32,000 nucleotides of DNA. It comes from Synechocystis sp. PCC 6803 substr. PCC-P. Lineage in GTDB: Bacteria > Cyanobacteriota > Cyanobacteriia > Cyanobacteriales > Microcystaceae. The notes beneath the pieces are model-generated. The model was not told where the DNA came from and did no database searches. It saw only the letters and a list, made by a program, of their open reading frames with translations. The position numbers were made by a program, and so were the translations under genes. Shown piece after piece: positions 9,440-20,758 of the stretch (within the stretch, counting starts at the first letter, position 1; each line of letters begins with the position of its first letter). The DNA lies in the NCBI RefSeq assembly GCF_000284455.1, contig NC_017039.1, positions 2,130,001 to 2,162,000 on the forward strand, read 5' to 3'.

Positions 9440-12073
9440 CTAACCTAGTTCAGCCAACAAGGTTTGTTTCGCCGTGGCCAGGGCTTCTGGTAACTTACTG
9501 GCATCCCGTCCACCGGCCTGGGCCAGATTAGGACGACCGCCACCGCCACCGCCACAAATTTTGGCAATGGCACCAATGAATTGACCAGCTTTAAGCTGTT
9601 TGGTTTTAACCAATTGGGGACTAAAGGCCGCCACTAGACTGACTTTGCCCTCTTCTGGAATGGAAGCAAGCACCACTGCACTTTCTCCCAATTTTTGTTG
9701 TAACCGTTCCGCCGCAGTTTTGAGAGATTCCCCGTCCACAGTACCCAGATCCGCCACCAGAATTTTAAACTCACCCACAGTTTGAGCTTGGGTTAATAAC
9801 TGTTCCGATTTTTGTAGAGCTAACTCTTGCTTGAGGGCTTCCAACTGCTTTTGGCTGGCTTTTAATTCCTGTTGTAGTTGGTGGACCCGGTCTGGGATTT
9901 CCTCCGGTTTAGCTTTTAGGCGATCGCCGAGCTCTTTGACCACCGCTTCCCGCACATTGAGGTAATCCAACACCGACGGCCCTGCCACGGCTTCAATGCG
10001 CCTTACCCCGGCGGCAATGCCCGTTTCTGCGACGATTTTGAATAAACCGATTTCCGCCGTATTGGCCACATGGGTGCCGCCACACAGTTCCAAAGAAACT
10101 CCCGGAACGTCAATGACCCGCACTTCAGCCCCATATTTCTCCCCAAACATGGCGATCGCCCCTTTGGCCTTCGCATCGGCGATCGGCATTACTGCCACCT
10201 CAGTTTGATGGGCTTCGGCAATCCATTGATTGATCAAGTCCTCAATTTGTTGTAGCTCCTCCATGGTCACCGCCCGGGGAGAGTTGAAGTCGAACCGTAA
10301 ACGGTTGAAATCCACCAGGGAACCAGCTTGGGAAATGCCTTCGTCCACCACTCTTTTTAAAGCCGATTGCAGTAAATGGGTGGCGGTATGGTTGGCCTGG
10401 GCCCGACGGCGGCAAGCCCGGTCAATAGTAGCGGTAATAGTGGTGCCAATTTGCACTGTACCCCGTTCTACCCGACCAAAGTGGATAAAAATGCCCGACT
10501 CCCGCTTCACATCTTCAATGCGAATGAGCAAATTGTCGCCGTTGAGAAAACCTTTATCCCCAATTTGACCGCCGGATTCGCCGTAAAAGGGAGTTTGATC
10601 TAGTACGATTTGCACCGTTTGCCCTGCGACCGCTTGATCTACCAATTCCCCCCCAACTAATACCGCTTTGACTATTGCAGAACTTTGTAAATCGGTGTAG
10701 CCCAAAAATTCCGTCGGATGGATATGGTTAGCCAATTTATCCAGACTTTCCTGCACGGTTAAATCAATAGTTTCGTGGGCTGCTTTGGAACGTTCTTGTT
10801 GTTCCTGCATGGCTTTTTCAAACCCTTCTACGTCCACAGTAATGCCCTGTTCCTCGGCAATTTCTTGGGTCAATTCCAACGGAAAACCAAAGGTGTCATA
10901 TAAAGTAAACGCATCTGCGCCGGCAATTTCCGTCACTCCGTCGGCCATTAAATCCGCCAGTAACTTTTCTCCCCGTTCTAGGGTTTTTAAAAAAGCCGCT
11001 TCTTCCCGCTGTAACTCCTGCTCAATCAAGCTTTGCCGTTCTAAAACATTGGGATAAACTGGCTGGGCGAGTTGAACAGCAGTGGCTGCTACCTTAGTGG
11101 TAAATTCACCGTTAATGCCCAGTAAACGACCATGGCGCACCACTCGACGGATCAACCGCCGTAACACATAGCCCCGTCCTAAATTGGAAGCACTAATACC
11201 GTCAGCAATCATGTGGACAACGGAGCGGACATGATCCCCAATTACCTTCAGGGAAACTTTGGTTTTTTCATTGGCTTGGGCGTAATCAATACCTGCTATA
11301 TTCGCCGCTGTTTGAATAATGGGAAAAATTAAATCTGTTTCGTAGTTATTAGGCACTTTTTGTAAAATTTGGGCCATCCTTTCTAAGCCCATGCCAGTGT
11401 CAATATTTTTCTTCTCCAGGGGCGTTAAATTACCCGCATTATCCCGGTTGTACTGCATGAATACCAAGTTATAAAACTCGATAAAGCGGCTATCATCTTC
11501 CAAATCTAATTTTTCATCCCCTAATTCCGGGTGGAAATCGTAGTAAATTTCCGAGCAAGGGCCACAGGGACCAGTGGGGCCAGAAACCCAAAAGTTATCG
11601 TCCGCTCCCATGCGTTGAATGCGGTGGGCAGGAATACCAATTTCATCGCGCCAAATGGCAAAAGCTTCGTCATCTTCTTCAAACACACTGACCACTAACC
11701 GTTCCGCTGGCAGTTTAAATACTTGGGTCGATAATTCCCAGGCCCAGGCGATCGCCTGGGATTTGAAGTAATCCCCAAAGCTAAAGTTGCCCAACATTTC
11801 AAAGAAAGTATGGTGGCGGGCGGTGCGGCCGACGTTTTCAATGTCGTTGGTGCGGATGCATTTTTGGGAAGTGGTGGCCCGGGGAAATTCCGCCGACTTT
11901 TGTCCTAAAAAAATTGGCTTGAACGGCAACATCCCCGCAATGGTCAACAGTACGGTGGGGTCCTCCGGCACCAGGGACGCACTGGGCAAAATTTGATGCT
12001 GGCGATCGGCAAAGAAGTTTAAAAACTGTTGACGAATTTCGGGACCGCTGAGGACGGGCGGGGTAGTGGTCAT
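9440..12073 (-). CDS. alaS: Alanyl-tRNA synthetase
   Basis: 877 aa. Contains [57 protein letters not shown], and a C-terminal [15 protein letters not shown]. Confidence 0.98.
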   Translation of the reverse strand: MTTTPPVLSGPEIRQQFLNFFADRQHQILPSASLVPEDPTVLLTIAGMLPFKPIFLGQKSAEFPRATTSQKCIRTNDIENVGRTARHHTFFEMLGNFSFGDYFKSQAIAWAWELSTQVFKLPAERLVVSVFEEDDEAFAIWRDEIGIPAHRIQRMGADDNFWVSGPTGPCGPCSEIYYDFHPELGDEKLDLEDDSRFIEFYNLVFMQYNRDNAGNLTPLEKKNIDTGMGLERMAQILQKVPNNYETDLIFPIIQTAANIAGIDYAQANEKTKVSLKVIGDHVRSVVHMIADGISASNLGRGYVLRRLIRRVVRHGRLLGINGEFTTKVAATAVQLAQPVYPNVLERQSLIEQELQREEAAFLKTLERGEKLLADLMADGVTEIAGADAFTLYDTFGFPLELTQEIAEEQGITVDVEGFEKAMQEQQERSKAAHETIDLTVQESLDKLANHIHPTEFLGYTDLQSSAIVKAVLVGGELVDQAVAGQTVQIVLDQTPFYGESGGQIGDKGFLNGDNLLIRIEDVKRESGIFIHFGRVERGTVQIGTTITATIDRACRRRAQANHTATHLLQSALKRVVDEGISQAGSLVDFNRLRFDFNSPRAVTMEELQQIEDLINQWIAEAHQTEVAVMPIADAKAKGAIAMFGEKYGAEVRVIDVPGVSLELCGGTHVANTAEIGLFKIVAETGIAAGVRRIEAVAGPSVLDYLNVREAVVKELGDRLKAKPEEIPDRVHQLQQELKASQKQLEALKQELALQKSEQLLTQAQTVGEFKILVADLGTVDGESLKTAAERLQQKLGESAVVLASIPEEGKVSLVAAFSPQLVKTKQLKAGQFIGAIAKICGGGGGGRPNLAQAGGRDASKLPEALATAKQTLLAELG

Positions 12074-12253
12074 GTCTAGTTGAAGATTTTGCAGATGAAA
12101 ATTTCGGGCACTGTGGCTATTTTCCCATTTTAGGGGTTGGTTCCTGACCCTTTCTGACCGGAGGTTAAACCGGAGTTAAAACTAAGCCATGGGGAGTCCA
12201 AAATCTGCCCACTGCGGTGACATGATGGACAAAAAACTTCGGAGTTAGTGTGC

Positions 12254-12751
12254 CTAGGGCTGTTGACAATGGACATTGATGTTGGTGATCACCTGTTGCT
12301 CCTGCTGGCCAATGGTAGCTACCTGTTTTTGGGCAAGCTGGGCCGTCAAAATATCTTTACTTTCCAGGGCTTTGACCATGGTGCGGGTGGCCTCCGCATT
12401 GCCCTGGTAAATACTGACCAATTCCCCTTGATAGTTAGCTAGCACTGGATCTTCAAGGTTGAGTCGTTCTATTTTTGTGGCGGTGGCATCGAAGGCATCG
12501 GCCATGTTCAGCACTTCTTCCGTTGAGGTGGTATCTCGATATTTTGCCCCTTCCTCTGCCATTTGTTTGGTAATTAAAATTAGCTGTCGGCATTGATCCG
12601 CTTTGCTAGCCCCGCAACTAATTAAGCCCTGATTCAATGCCAGCATTAAAATAACGCCCCAACTAAGGCCCATTAATCGGCGGGGAAGAAAGCCAGTAAA
12701 TCTTACTGATGGGGACATTGGCATAGGGACAAAGTAGAGAAAAGATGGCAA
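12254..12751 (-). CDS. Hypothetical lipoprotein
   Basis: Hydrophobic N-terminal segment followed by a lipobox-like LISC|GAS. The helical C-terminal region has no recognised family. Confidence 0.6.
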   Translation of the reverse strand: MPSFLYFVPMPMSPSVRFTGFLPRRLMGLSWGVILMLALNQGLISCGASKADQCRQLILITKQMAEEGAKYRDTTSTEEVLNMADAFDATATKIERLNLEDPVLANYQGELVSIYQGNAEATRTMVKALESKDILTAQLAQKQVATIGQQEQQVITNINVHCQQP

Positions 12752-12805
12752 CGGGGAACCATCATAGCAAAATCATTCGGTTCAATTAGGGAGTTAAAAT
12801 CCTGG

Positions 12806-13639
12806 CTAGAGGGGAGATAGATGGGGAAATAAGGCGATCGCCAAAGCAGTGAGGAGCAAACAAATAATGCCAGCTAAACCGGCTAAAGGTTGATTGGCCT
12901 TGCCCACCCAAATATTGCCATCGGTGTTGGGATAGGTAATTAAACCAGTGGCATCACAGGCCGCCAGGGCAAAAACCCACCCCCCGTGGAGTCCCCAAGC
13001 TAGGGCGAGATTACCGCCATCCACCAGACGGGCCCACAGCAATACCATGCCCAATAACCACAATCCTGGCAGTTGGTAAGCTGTTAAACGCCGTTCCCAT
13101 AGCAGATGAAGGATGGCAAAAATGGTGCTGACGATGGTGGCTGCCCCCCAGACTGGTAAATCCTGTTGCAGTTGATTTTGGAAAATACCCCGAAAAATTA
13201 ACTCTTCCACCAAGGCGATCGCCAGGGCCAGTATGAGAAAAAGCGGGGAAAGTTTGACTAAATCCCACCATTTTTCCCGATGCCATTGCAGTAGACCAAT
13301 TTGGCCCTGTATTGCCAAAGTTAAGCCTAAACCGAATACCGCCACCCCCACGGCGATCGCCAGGGAAAGTAATTGGTCGGAGATGACGCTTAAACCGTAA
13401 TCCCCCAAGGATTGTTGGTCTAACCAAGTCACCGCCCAGATGGGTAGGGGGGAAACCAAGTAAAGCGATAACACCAAGGGTAATTTTTGCTCCGGGGTAA
13501 CAGCCTGCCAGGGTTGCCAAGCTAGTTTACGACCCACCACCAGGGCAACGGGATACCACAGCACTAGCCAACTAAAAAGAAAAACAATAATTTTTAACAA
13601 TCCCGGCCATGGTTGCCAAAACTCCATCAAATTTTCCAT
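12806..13639 (-). CDS. CPBP-family intramembrane metalloprotease
   Basis: Multiple TM segments, EELIFRGIFQNQL (EExxxR motif) and FAILHLLWE. Confidence 0.85.
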   Translation of the reverse strand: MENLMEFWQPWPGLLKIIVFLFSWLVLWYPVALVVGRKLAWQPWQAVTPEQKLPLVLSLYLVSPLPIWAVTWLDQQSLGDYGLSVISDQLLSLAIAVGVAVFGLGLTLAIQGQIGLLQWHREKWWDLVKLSPLFLILALAIALVEELIFRGIFQNQLQQDLPVWGAATIVSTIFAILHLLWERRLTAYQLPGLWLLGMVLLWARLVDGGNLALAWGLHGGWVFALAACDATGLITYPNTDGNIWVGKANQPLAGLAGIICLLLTALAIALFPHLSPL

Positions 13640-13736
13640 CGGCCCATCCCACTGGCGATCGCCAATTTTCGTTTAAACAAAAGCAAAATTTGCAAGGCCC
13701 AGCTTGACAGTACGTCCGCCGTCATCCCTAATTGAT

Positions 13737-13772
13737 AAAAAAAGGGAGAAACCTTTTTGTTTCAGGTCTCCC
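13737..13772 (-). terminator. Rho-independent terminator downstream of the cyAbrB gene
   Basis: On the minus strand: GGGAGACCT...AGGtttCTCCC followed by TTTTTTT. Confidence 0.7.
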
Positions 13773-13826
13773 CCCCGGCGAAAAAGCACTTAGTCCCCCT
13801 TGCATAGGGAACCGCAGTCGAGAAAT

Positions 13827-14213
13827 TTATACTTCCTCTTCGTCATCGCTATCGGTAATTTGCTTCAGATGAATATGCTTGTAACCGAGCTTGATCTCGA
13901 ACTCATCACCGGACTTAAGACCCATTTCTTGGGTGTAGGTGGATCCGATAACAATCTGTCCATTTTTGTGGACACTAACACGAAATGTCGGTTCACGACC
14001 CCGACCATCTTTGGTACCAGAGGGATCGAGGGGAACCCCTTTGGCCGCTAGCACTGCGTCATAGAAGTCGGTCAAATTTACGCGTACTTGTCCTTCCTTA
14101 GAAGTAGAGTAGTAACCACAGGCTTTTGCCGTTTCTCGACGGGGCAGATGGGATAGTTCTTTAACTTTATTGAGTAATGCTTTGCCGGTTAGTGCGGTGG
14201 AGGCGTTTGGCAT
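13827..14213 (-). CDS. AbrB-like transcriptional regulator, cyAbrB family
   Basis: MPNASTALTGKALLNKVKELSHLPRRETAKACGYYS...FRVSVHKNGQIVIGSTYTQEMGLKSGDEFEIKLG. I prefer the internal Met (14213) over the longer listed ORF start at 14297 because that extension looks non-coding. Confidence 0.88.
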   Translation of the reverse strand: MPNASTALTGKALLNKVKELSHLPRRETAKACGYYSTSKEGQVRVNLTDFYDAVLAAKGVPLDPSGTKDGRGREPTFRVSVHKNGQIVIGSTYTQEMGLKSGDEFEIKLGYKHIHLKQITDSDDEEEV

Positions 14214-14627
14214 AGGATTATTTTTTCCGTTGAATGATGCTTGATTGCGGGGACTTGTTTTTTTCAAAAGTCTACATAAGATAAAATATAACATCAAACC
14301 TTAGCTGAAAAACTTTTTTTTTCAACTTTTTGATTATTTAGCCGAGGAATTTTTCCCTCTGAAAAAATCAAGCCTTGACCTCTGGCGAGTTTTGTCCTAA
14401 AGATTTTTGGCCGCCATGGAGCAATGATGAGTTAGGTTTGGGCAATACAAGCTAGCTACGGGTTCACCTTTCCGAAAACCAACGAATTTTTGCCCAGATT
14501 AGCGCCAAAATTAAGCGGAGCAGTGGGTCAAAATATATTTATCTCAGGGGGAATCATTGCTTTAAATCAATTCGCTATCCTATGCATGTCATGTGTTCAT
14601 TAACATTCCCCTGTTCCCCAAGATTTT

Positions 14628-15203
14628 ATGGTTCTCACCCAGTTCGCCTCCAGCCCAGCTCCTCCCCAGTCCTTTGCTGTTGCCCCCAACCGTCAACAAT
14701 TGCGACAAATGAATTGCTACCTGGACCAGCTTTTGTTGGCCTTGGTTGCCCTGACTGATGTGGACGAGGATACTTGGACGGCAATCCTAGAAAAAATTTC
14801 GTCATCTACGACAACAGGCCAATCTTTGACTAGGAAATACCCCATTCCTGCTGTTGCCCCCGGCCAGCTAGATGTGGAGGGAATTCGACTTTTGGCCATG
14901 GCGATCGCCTATTTAGGGGCCCATTACCAAGAACTACTGCGGCGATCGGTCAGTTTAGTTGAACAGACCAAGGAACAGGGTAAAAATCCTTTACAAACCG
15001 TACTTTTAAGCGAGTACGCCCGAAAATTTACCTCAGCTTGGCAAGCCTATGGAGAGAAACAAGGGGGAGAAGCCCATATTCCCTTAGCCCCCATTACCTC
15101 TGATCGCCTGCTTTCTTTGCTGACAGAATTATTTTTCTTTAGCAGTCAAGACGGCCCCCGCCGACTCTGGGGAGTATTGGCCACCATGGTGTCCCCCGCT
15201 TAG
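14628..15203 (+). CDS. DUF3038-family conserved cyanobacterial protein
   Basis: LDQLLLALVALTDVDEDTW...LDVEGIRLLAMAIAYLGAHYQELLRRSV resembles DUF3038 proteins. Confidence 0.7.
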   Translation: MVLTQFASSPAPPQSFAVAPNRQQLRQMNCYLDQLLLALVALTDVDEDTWTAILEKISSSTTTGQSLTRKYPIPAVAPGQLDVEGIRLLAMAIAYLGAHYQELLRRSVSLVEQTKEQGKNPLQTVLLSEYARKFTSAWQAYGEKQGGEAHIPLAPITSDRLLSLLTELFFFSSQDGPRRLWGVLATMVSPA

Positions 15204-15374
15204 ATAAACCCAAAAAATGCTGGCTTTGTTGCCCTGTCAACCAAAGTTCCCAATACGTCCTTCCCAATTCTGCTCAAATCGAGTTAACTGGGCAAATATC
15301 TATGGATTACTCCTTCCCATTTCTCATCAACAATTAACCAAATGACCCTGATGGAAGGAAGATCGACCCAGTGA

Positions 15375-15860
15375 ATGACTACAATAATGGTCAACCTGGC
15401 CCATTTACTAGGTAAACCTAATTTAACCGAGGAAATAATCTCCATGGCTCAAGATTCTCCATCTTCCCTCTCCCAAGAAGCCCTAACCATTGCCCATCTC
15501 CAGGGGGTGCAGGAGCGACGGCAGGAAGAGCGGATGTTGGCCTTTTGCCAAGTGTTCGATATGGAAGGGGAATTGGTGGGGGTATCCTTCGACTTAACTC
15601 GCAACGGTATCTGTGTGAGCGTTCCCAATGATTGGCCCCAGGACACGGATTTTACCGTCAAGCTCCGGCGCATGGACAATGAAGCTTTACCCACCATCAC
15701 CATCAAGCTCACTCCCATGTGGCGTCAATCCCGCAACGAAAGTTTTGACGAAATTGGCGGCAAAATTATTGAGGTGGACTGCCCCGAAGCTTTCTCTACT
15801 TTTTTGCAATATTGTCAACAGGCTGGCCCCAGTGGTTTAGTGGAGCGTCCAACGTCCTGA
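15375..15860 (+). CDS. Hypothetical protein, possible divergent PilZ-like domain
   Basis: GVSFDLTRNGICVSVPNDWPQDTDFTVKLR...ITIKLTPMWRQ...FDEIGGKIIEV follows PilZ-like strand order, but the family assignment is weak. Confidence 0.55.
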   Translation: MTTIMVNLAHLLGKPNLTEEIISMAQDSPSSLSQEALTIAHLQGVQERRQEERMLAFCQVFDMEGELVGVSFDLTRNGICVSVPNDWPQDTDFTVKLRRMDNEALPTITIKLTPMWRQSRNESFDEIGGKIIEVDCPEAFSTFLQYCQQAGPSGLVERPTS

Positions 15861-16079
15861 CCATTATTATTCCTCCCTTCTTCCTAACCTTGGGGCAGTT
15901 GGATGGGTTACCTTATCCTTGTTTTTGGTGGGGGTTGACCCTGCCATGGTGGGATTGCATTGACATTGGAGCCAGTACCGGGGTAGGGAAACAAATTTTT
16001 GTGCCCTGGCCCCAATACCCATAATTGTCAGAGTCTGATAGGATTTAGCAAAGTATTAAAATTTGTAAAGAAAATTAAA

Positions 16080-17060
16080 ATGCGAGTTTTGGTGGTAGGC
16101 GGCACAGGAACCCTCGGCAGGCAAATTGTTCGGCAGGCGATCGACCAAGGTCACACCGTTGTTTGTCTGGTTCGTAGCCTAAGAAAGGCAGCTTTTCTTA
16201 AAGAGTGGGGCGCCACCATCGTGGGGGGAAATATTTGTAAGCCGGAAACTCTGTCCCCAGCCCTGGAAAATATTGACGCAGTGATTGACGCTTCCACCGC
16301 CAGGGCCACCGACTCCCTCACCATTCGCCAGGTGGACTGGGAAGGCAAGCTTAATTTAATTCGAGCAGTGCAGAAAGCGGGTATCAAAAAGTTTGTCTTT
16401 TTCTCCATTTTGCGGGCGGCCGAATATCCCAAAGTGCCCCTGATGGACATCAAAAATTGTACCGAGAAATTTTTAGCCCAAACGAATTTGGACTACACCA
16501 TTCTGCAACTGGCGGGTTTCATGCAGGGGTTAATTGGTCAGTACGCTATTCCCATTTTGGATAATCAATCGGTTTGGCAAACCGGCGAGAATACCCCGAT
16601 CGCCTACATGAACACCCAAGACGTGGCTAAGTTTGCAGTGCGGGCGGTGGAATTGGACAGTGTGGCCCGTAAAACCTATCCAGTGGTGGGCAGTCGGGCT
16701 TGGGGGGCAACGGAAATTATTCAACTTTGTGAAAGAATGTCTGGCAATAATGCCCGTATTTCCCAGGTGCCCATGGCGGTGCTCAGATTTATGCGGAGCT
16801 TTACTCGCTTTTTCCAGTGGACCTATAACGCCTCCGATCGCCTAGCGTTTTCGGAAGTGCTGGCCAGTGGTAAAGCTTTAACGGCGGACATGGCTCCGGT
16901 GTACGAACAATTTGGCCTTGATCCGAAGGAAACCACCACCCTAGAATCCTACCTACAGGAATACTTTGGGCGCATCATCAAGAAGCTCAAAGAACTGGAC
17001 TATGAGGTTAACCCGACCCAAACCGAAGGCAAAAAGAAGAAAAATAATTTCTTTTTCTAG
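16080..17060 (+). CDS. ycf39: Ycf39/HCF244-type NAD(P)-binding photosystem II assembly factor
   Basis: MRVLVVGGTGTLGRQIVRQAIDQGHTVVCLVRS (Rossmann) and DASTARATDSLTIRQVDWEGKLNLI are characteristic of Ycf39. The Met at 16080 fits better than the ORF start at 15999. Confidence 0.92.
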   Translation: MRVLVVGGTGTLGRQIVRQAIDQGHTVVCLVRSLRKAAFLKEWGATIVGGNICKPETLSPALENIDAVIDASTARATDSLTIRQVDWEGKLNLIRAVQKAGIKKFVFFSILRAAEYPKVPLMDIKNCTEKFLAQTNLDYTILQLAGFMQGLIGQYAIPILDNQSVWQTGENTPIAYMNTQDVAKFAVRAVELDSVARKTYPVVGSRAWGATEIIQLCERMSGNNARISQVPMAVLRFMRSFTRFFQWTYNASDRLAFSEVLASGKALTADMAPVYEQFGLDPKETTTLESYLQEYFGRIIKKLKELDYEVNPTQTEGKKKKNNFFF

Positions 17061-17159
17061 TTTGACTAGTTTGATTGACAATTTGATACTTTTAGATAAT
17101 CTCGTTTTCTATTCGATTTTTCCGCTCCCTGTTCCCTGACTCCCTAGGATCTCGCCCCT

Positions 17160-18077
17160 GTGCCAAAAGTCGGCATCATTTTCAACGACGATAAGCCCAC
17201 CGCCTGTAGCGTTGCCCAAGAATTGCAGGAGCAACTGCAACAGAGTGGGTTTACAGTGGCGATGGAAACCGGATCCGGTGGCCTGTTGGGCTATTCCCAG
17301 CCCGATCGCCCCATTTGCCATACCCGCATTGAACATCTGACTCCGCCCCATTTTGATGAGTCCATGCCCTTTGCCATTGTTCTGGGGGGAGACGGCACAG
17401 TACTATCAGCTTTTCGTCAGTTGGCCCCCCTCGGCATCCCCCTGTTGACCATTAACACAGGGCACATGGGTTTTTTAACGGAAATTTACCTCAACCAACT
17501 ACCCACGGCGATCGAGCAGTTAATCAACGGTGATTACCAAATTGAAAGCCGCTCCATGATGACAGTGCGGTTAATGCGGGAGGAAAACCTTTTATGGGAA
17601 GCGCTCTCCCTGAACGAAATGGTATTGCACCGGGAACCCCTCACCAGCATGTGCCATTTTGAAATTCAGGTAGGCTACCATGCTTCTGTGGACATTGCCG
17701 CCGATGGCATTATTGTTTCCACTCCTACGGGTTCCACGGCCTATTCCCTTAGCGCTGGAGGCCCAGTGGTTACCCCCGATGTACCAGTGTTTCAGTTAGC
17801 GCCCATTTGCCCCCATTCCCTGGCTTCCCGAGCGTTAGTATTTTCCGACCTAGAACCGGTGACCATTTTTCCCGCTACTCCCAACCGCATGGTGTTGGTG
17901 GTGGATGGCAATGGCGGTTGTTATGTGTTGCCAGAAGACCGGGTGCATTTATCAAAATCTCCCTATCCTGCCAAGTTTATTCGCCTGCAAACGCCAGAGT
18001 TTTTCCGGATTCTGCGGGAGAAATTGGGCTGGGGGCTGCCCCACATTGCTAAACCAACATCGGTGGAGTTGCCATGA
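17160..18077 (+). CDS. nadK: NAD kinase
   Basis: Contains [25 protein letters not shown], and [17 protein letters not shown] motifs of NAD kinases. Confidence 0.95.
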   Translation: MPKVGIIFNDDKPTACSVAQELQEQLQQSGFTVAMETGSGGLLGYSQPDRPICHTRIEHLTPPHFDESMPFAIVLGGDGTVLSAFRQLAPLGIPLLTINTGHMGFLTEIYLNQLPTAIEQLINGDYQIESRSMMTVRLMREENLLWEALSLNEMVLHREPLTSMCHFEIQVGYHASVDIAADGIIVSTPTGSTAYSLSAGGPVVTPDVPVFQLAPICPHSLASRALVFSDLEPVTIFPATPNRMVLVVDGNGGCYVLPEDRVHLSKSPYPAKFIRLQTPEFFRILREKLGWGLPHIAKPTSVELP

Positions 18078-19228
18078 ATTTACCCTGCTATTCCCGCCGC
18101 CATTTTCTCCAGTCCGCCGCCGCTGTCGGCCTTGCCACGGGTCTAGGAGGCTGTTGGCCTGGCCAGGGCAGTAGCAAAGAAGTGCAGTTTTTGAACCGTT
18201 CCCTGCCGCCCCAGTTAATTAACCAATTTCAGCGGCAGTTTCCCCAAGCTAAGGAATTAAATTTCAAGGCGATCGCCAATCTGCAGAGTTTGTTCGACAA
18301 TTTACAAACCTGGCACAATGCCCAAAATGCAGATACTTCCAAGGGACTGTGGGGCAGTGGATCGAGGGCAAATCAGACCCCAAAAGCCCAGTTGGTCACC
18401 GGGGGAGATTTATGGTTGGAACGGGTAATCAAAGAAAAGCTCATTCAACCCTTTGTCCCCGACCAATTGAGCCAATGGTCTAGTCTGCCTCCACGGTGGC
18501 AATTGTTGGGGCAACGCAATGACCAAGGCTTACCGGATCAAAGCGGCAAAATTTGGGCTGTTCCCTACCGTTGGGGGCCCACCATGATTATTTATCGCCA
18601 ACAACCATTTGCTGATTTAGGTTGGCAACCGACCGATTGGTCTGACCTCTGGCGGCCAGAGTTAAAGCAACGCATTGCTCTGGTGGATGATCCCAGGGAG
18701 GCGATCGGTTTGACTCTGAAAAAGCTGGGTTATTCCTACAATGTCACCAACCCCAAAGCTGTTAATGCCCTACCTTCCGCTTTGCAAGAATTGGCGACCC
18801 AAGTGAAGTTTTACAACAGTAAATATTATCTCCAAGCTCTACTCAATAAAGATGTATGGTTAGCAGTGGGCTGGTCAAACCAAATTATTCCTCTGCTGAG
18901 AAATCAGTCAGAACTCAGGGCGGTTATTCCTAGTTCCGGTACATCCCTCTGGGCTGATCTCTGGACTATGCCCGCTGAGATGGAGGCGGCTGAAATTACC
19001 TATGAATGGTTAAATTTTTCCGCCCAGCCTTCCAGTCTAGAGCAGATGGCAACTTTCAGTAATGCCCTGGCGGTGCCCTATCAAAACCTGGAGGTTTCCG
19101 CCCTGAGCACTAACCCTTTATTGGCTTTTTCACCGGAGTTACTGGAGCGTTGTGAATTTCTCGCGCCCCTGGACATTGCCACCGTCAACCAATATAAGCA
19201 ACTCTGGCAAACCATGCGGAGTGCTTAG
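18074..19228 (+). CDS. PotD-like extracellular solute-binding lipoprotein with twin-arginine signal
   Basis: Starts [27 protein letters not shown], a Tat-type RRxFLQ plus a lipobox. The body resembles spermidine/putrescine-binding proteins ([17 protein letters not shown]). Confidence 0.85.
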   Translation: MNLPCYSRRHFLQSAAAVGLATGLGGCWPGQGSSKEVQFLNRSLPPQLINQFQRQFPQAKELNFKAIANLQSLFDNLQTWHNAQNADTSKGLWGSGSRANQTPKAQLVTGGDLWLERVIKEKLIQPFVPDQLSQWSSLPPRWQLLGQRNDQGLPDQSGKIWAVPYRWGPTMIIYRQQPFADLGWQPTDWSDLWRPELKQRIALVDDPREAIGLTLKKLGYSYNVTNPKAVNALPSALQELATQVKFYNSKYYLQALLNKDVWLAVGWSNQIIPLLRNQSELRAVIPSSGTSLWADLWTMPAEMEAAEITYEWLNFSAQPSSLEQMATFSNALAVPYQNLEVSALSTNPLLAFSPELLERCEFLAPLDIATVNQYKQLWQTMRSA

Positions 19229-19263
19229 ACGATGATCAATGATAGGTTAATGAATTCAAAATA

Positions 19264-19335
19264 AGCTGGTGACGGGATTTGAACCTGCGACCGACTGATT
19301 ACAAATCAGTTGCTCTACCACTGAGCTACACCAGC
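19264..19335 (-). tRNA. trnT-UGU: tRNA-Thr (anticodon UGU), CCA not encoded
   Basis: Minus strand GCTGGTG-TAGCTCAGTGGTAGAGCA-ACTGATTTGTAATCAGT-CGGTCGCAGGTTCAAATCC-CGTCACCAGCT. The acceptor stem GCTGGTG/CACCAGC is perfect and the anticodon loop is TTTGTAA. Confidence 0.96.
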
Positions 19336-19432
19336 ATCTCTGATACAGAATAGCAGAAGATTAACCCAGAGGGTCTGGCTAATTTTTGTCCCCGAAAAAC
19401 TTTTTTAACGATCCGTAAAACCTAGTAAAACC

Positions 19433-20017
19433 ATGCCTACTTTAATTGTCGCCACGGGTAACCCCGGTAAATTAGCCGAGATGCAAACTTACTTAGAGCC
19501 CCTTGGTTGTCAATTAACCCTTAAGCCAACGGAAATTGAGGTGGAGGAAACCGGCAGTACATTCTATGAAAATGCTTGCTTAAAAGCTTCCCAGGTAGCA
19601 AAGGCCGTGAATCAATGGGCGATCGCCGATGATTCTGGTTTGGCAGTGGATGCTTTGGATGGGGCACCGGGTTTATATTCCGCCCGTTATGGCAACACCG
19701 ACAGGGAAAGAATTGCCAAATTGCTCCAGGCTCTAGAAGGGGTAAGCCAAAGACAAGCTCAATTCATTTGCGTGGTGTCGATCGCCGCCCCCGATGGCAG
19801 TATTCAACTGAGTACTAAAGGCATCTGTTCAGGGGAAATTACCCATAGCCCAAGAGGCGATCAGGGTTTTGGCTATGACCCAATTTTTTGGCTCCCGGAG
19901 CACAAAAAAACCTTTGCAGAAATGACAAAGGTAGAAAAACAGAAAGTGAGCCACCGGGGAAAAGCGTTTAACAAACTCATCCACCAGTGGCCTGGGTTGA
20001 AATTTGACAGCTTTTGA
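19433..20017 (+). CDS. rdgB: Non-canonical purine NTP pyrophosphatase, RdgB/HAM1 family
   Basis: Contains LIVATGNPGKLAEM, ADDSGLAVDALDGAPGLYSARYG, and GDQGFGYDPIF. Confidence 0.95.
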   Translation: MPTLIVATGNPGKLAEMQTYLEPLGCQLTLKPTEIEVEETGSTFYENACLKASQVAKAVNQWAIADDSGLAVDALDGAPGLYSARYGNTDRERIAKLLQALEGVSQRQAQFICVVSIAAPDGSIQLSTKGICSGEITHSPRGDQGFGYDPIFWLPEHKKTFAEMTKVEKQKVSHRGKAFNKLIHQWPGLKFDSF

Positions 20018-20117
20018 TGGCAGTGACAGGAAAGTGTCTGGGGCCAAGAGAACAAAACCGAGACTTGTCTCAATCTGCCCAACATTAACGGCAACCGGAA
20101 AGCTAATCTCAAAAAGA

Positions 20118-20492
<375 letters not shown>

Positions 20493-20544
20493 TTATTTAT
20501 AAGGCTAGCCAGACACTTTTAACATGTTCTCCAAAAGTTTTTTT

Positions 20545-20558
20545 GTAAAAATCAGTAC
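20545..20558 (-). promoter_or_regulatory. NtcA-binding site upstream of glnB
   Basis: GTAAAAATCAGTAC (minus strand GTACTGATTTTTAC) matches GTA-N8-TAC exactly, about 90 nt upstream of the glnB ATG. Confidence 0.8.
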
Positions 20559-20758
20559 CGTTTGGCAGCGCCCATGGCCGGAGATGAGGCATTTTAGTGA
20601 CAATTGCAAGTACAAAATCCCTGCTCTTTCGTCCGAAGAATCCGTTACCCTAGAGGAGTGAACGGCACTATGTTTAACTGACAGGCTTGAATCTACCCTG
20701 GATTTGGTGAACCCTTGACCAGGGAGTCCTAGCCGGAATATCGAAAAACTTTTCCTCT

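Noticed and set aside
13011-13520. 169-aa minus-strand ORF within the CPBP protease gene
   Set aside because: An alternate frame of the same strand. The protease frame carries the diagnostic motifs.
14213-14297. N-terminal extension of the cyAbrB ORF up to 14297
   Set aside because: The extension MMLYFILCRLLKKTSPRNQASFNGKNN looks like translated AT-rich leader. The MPNAST start matches the expected cyAbrB N-terminus.
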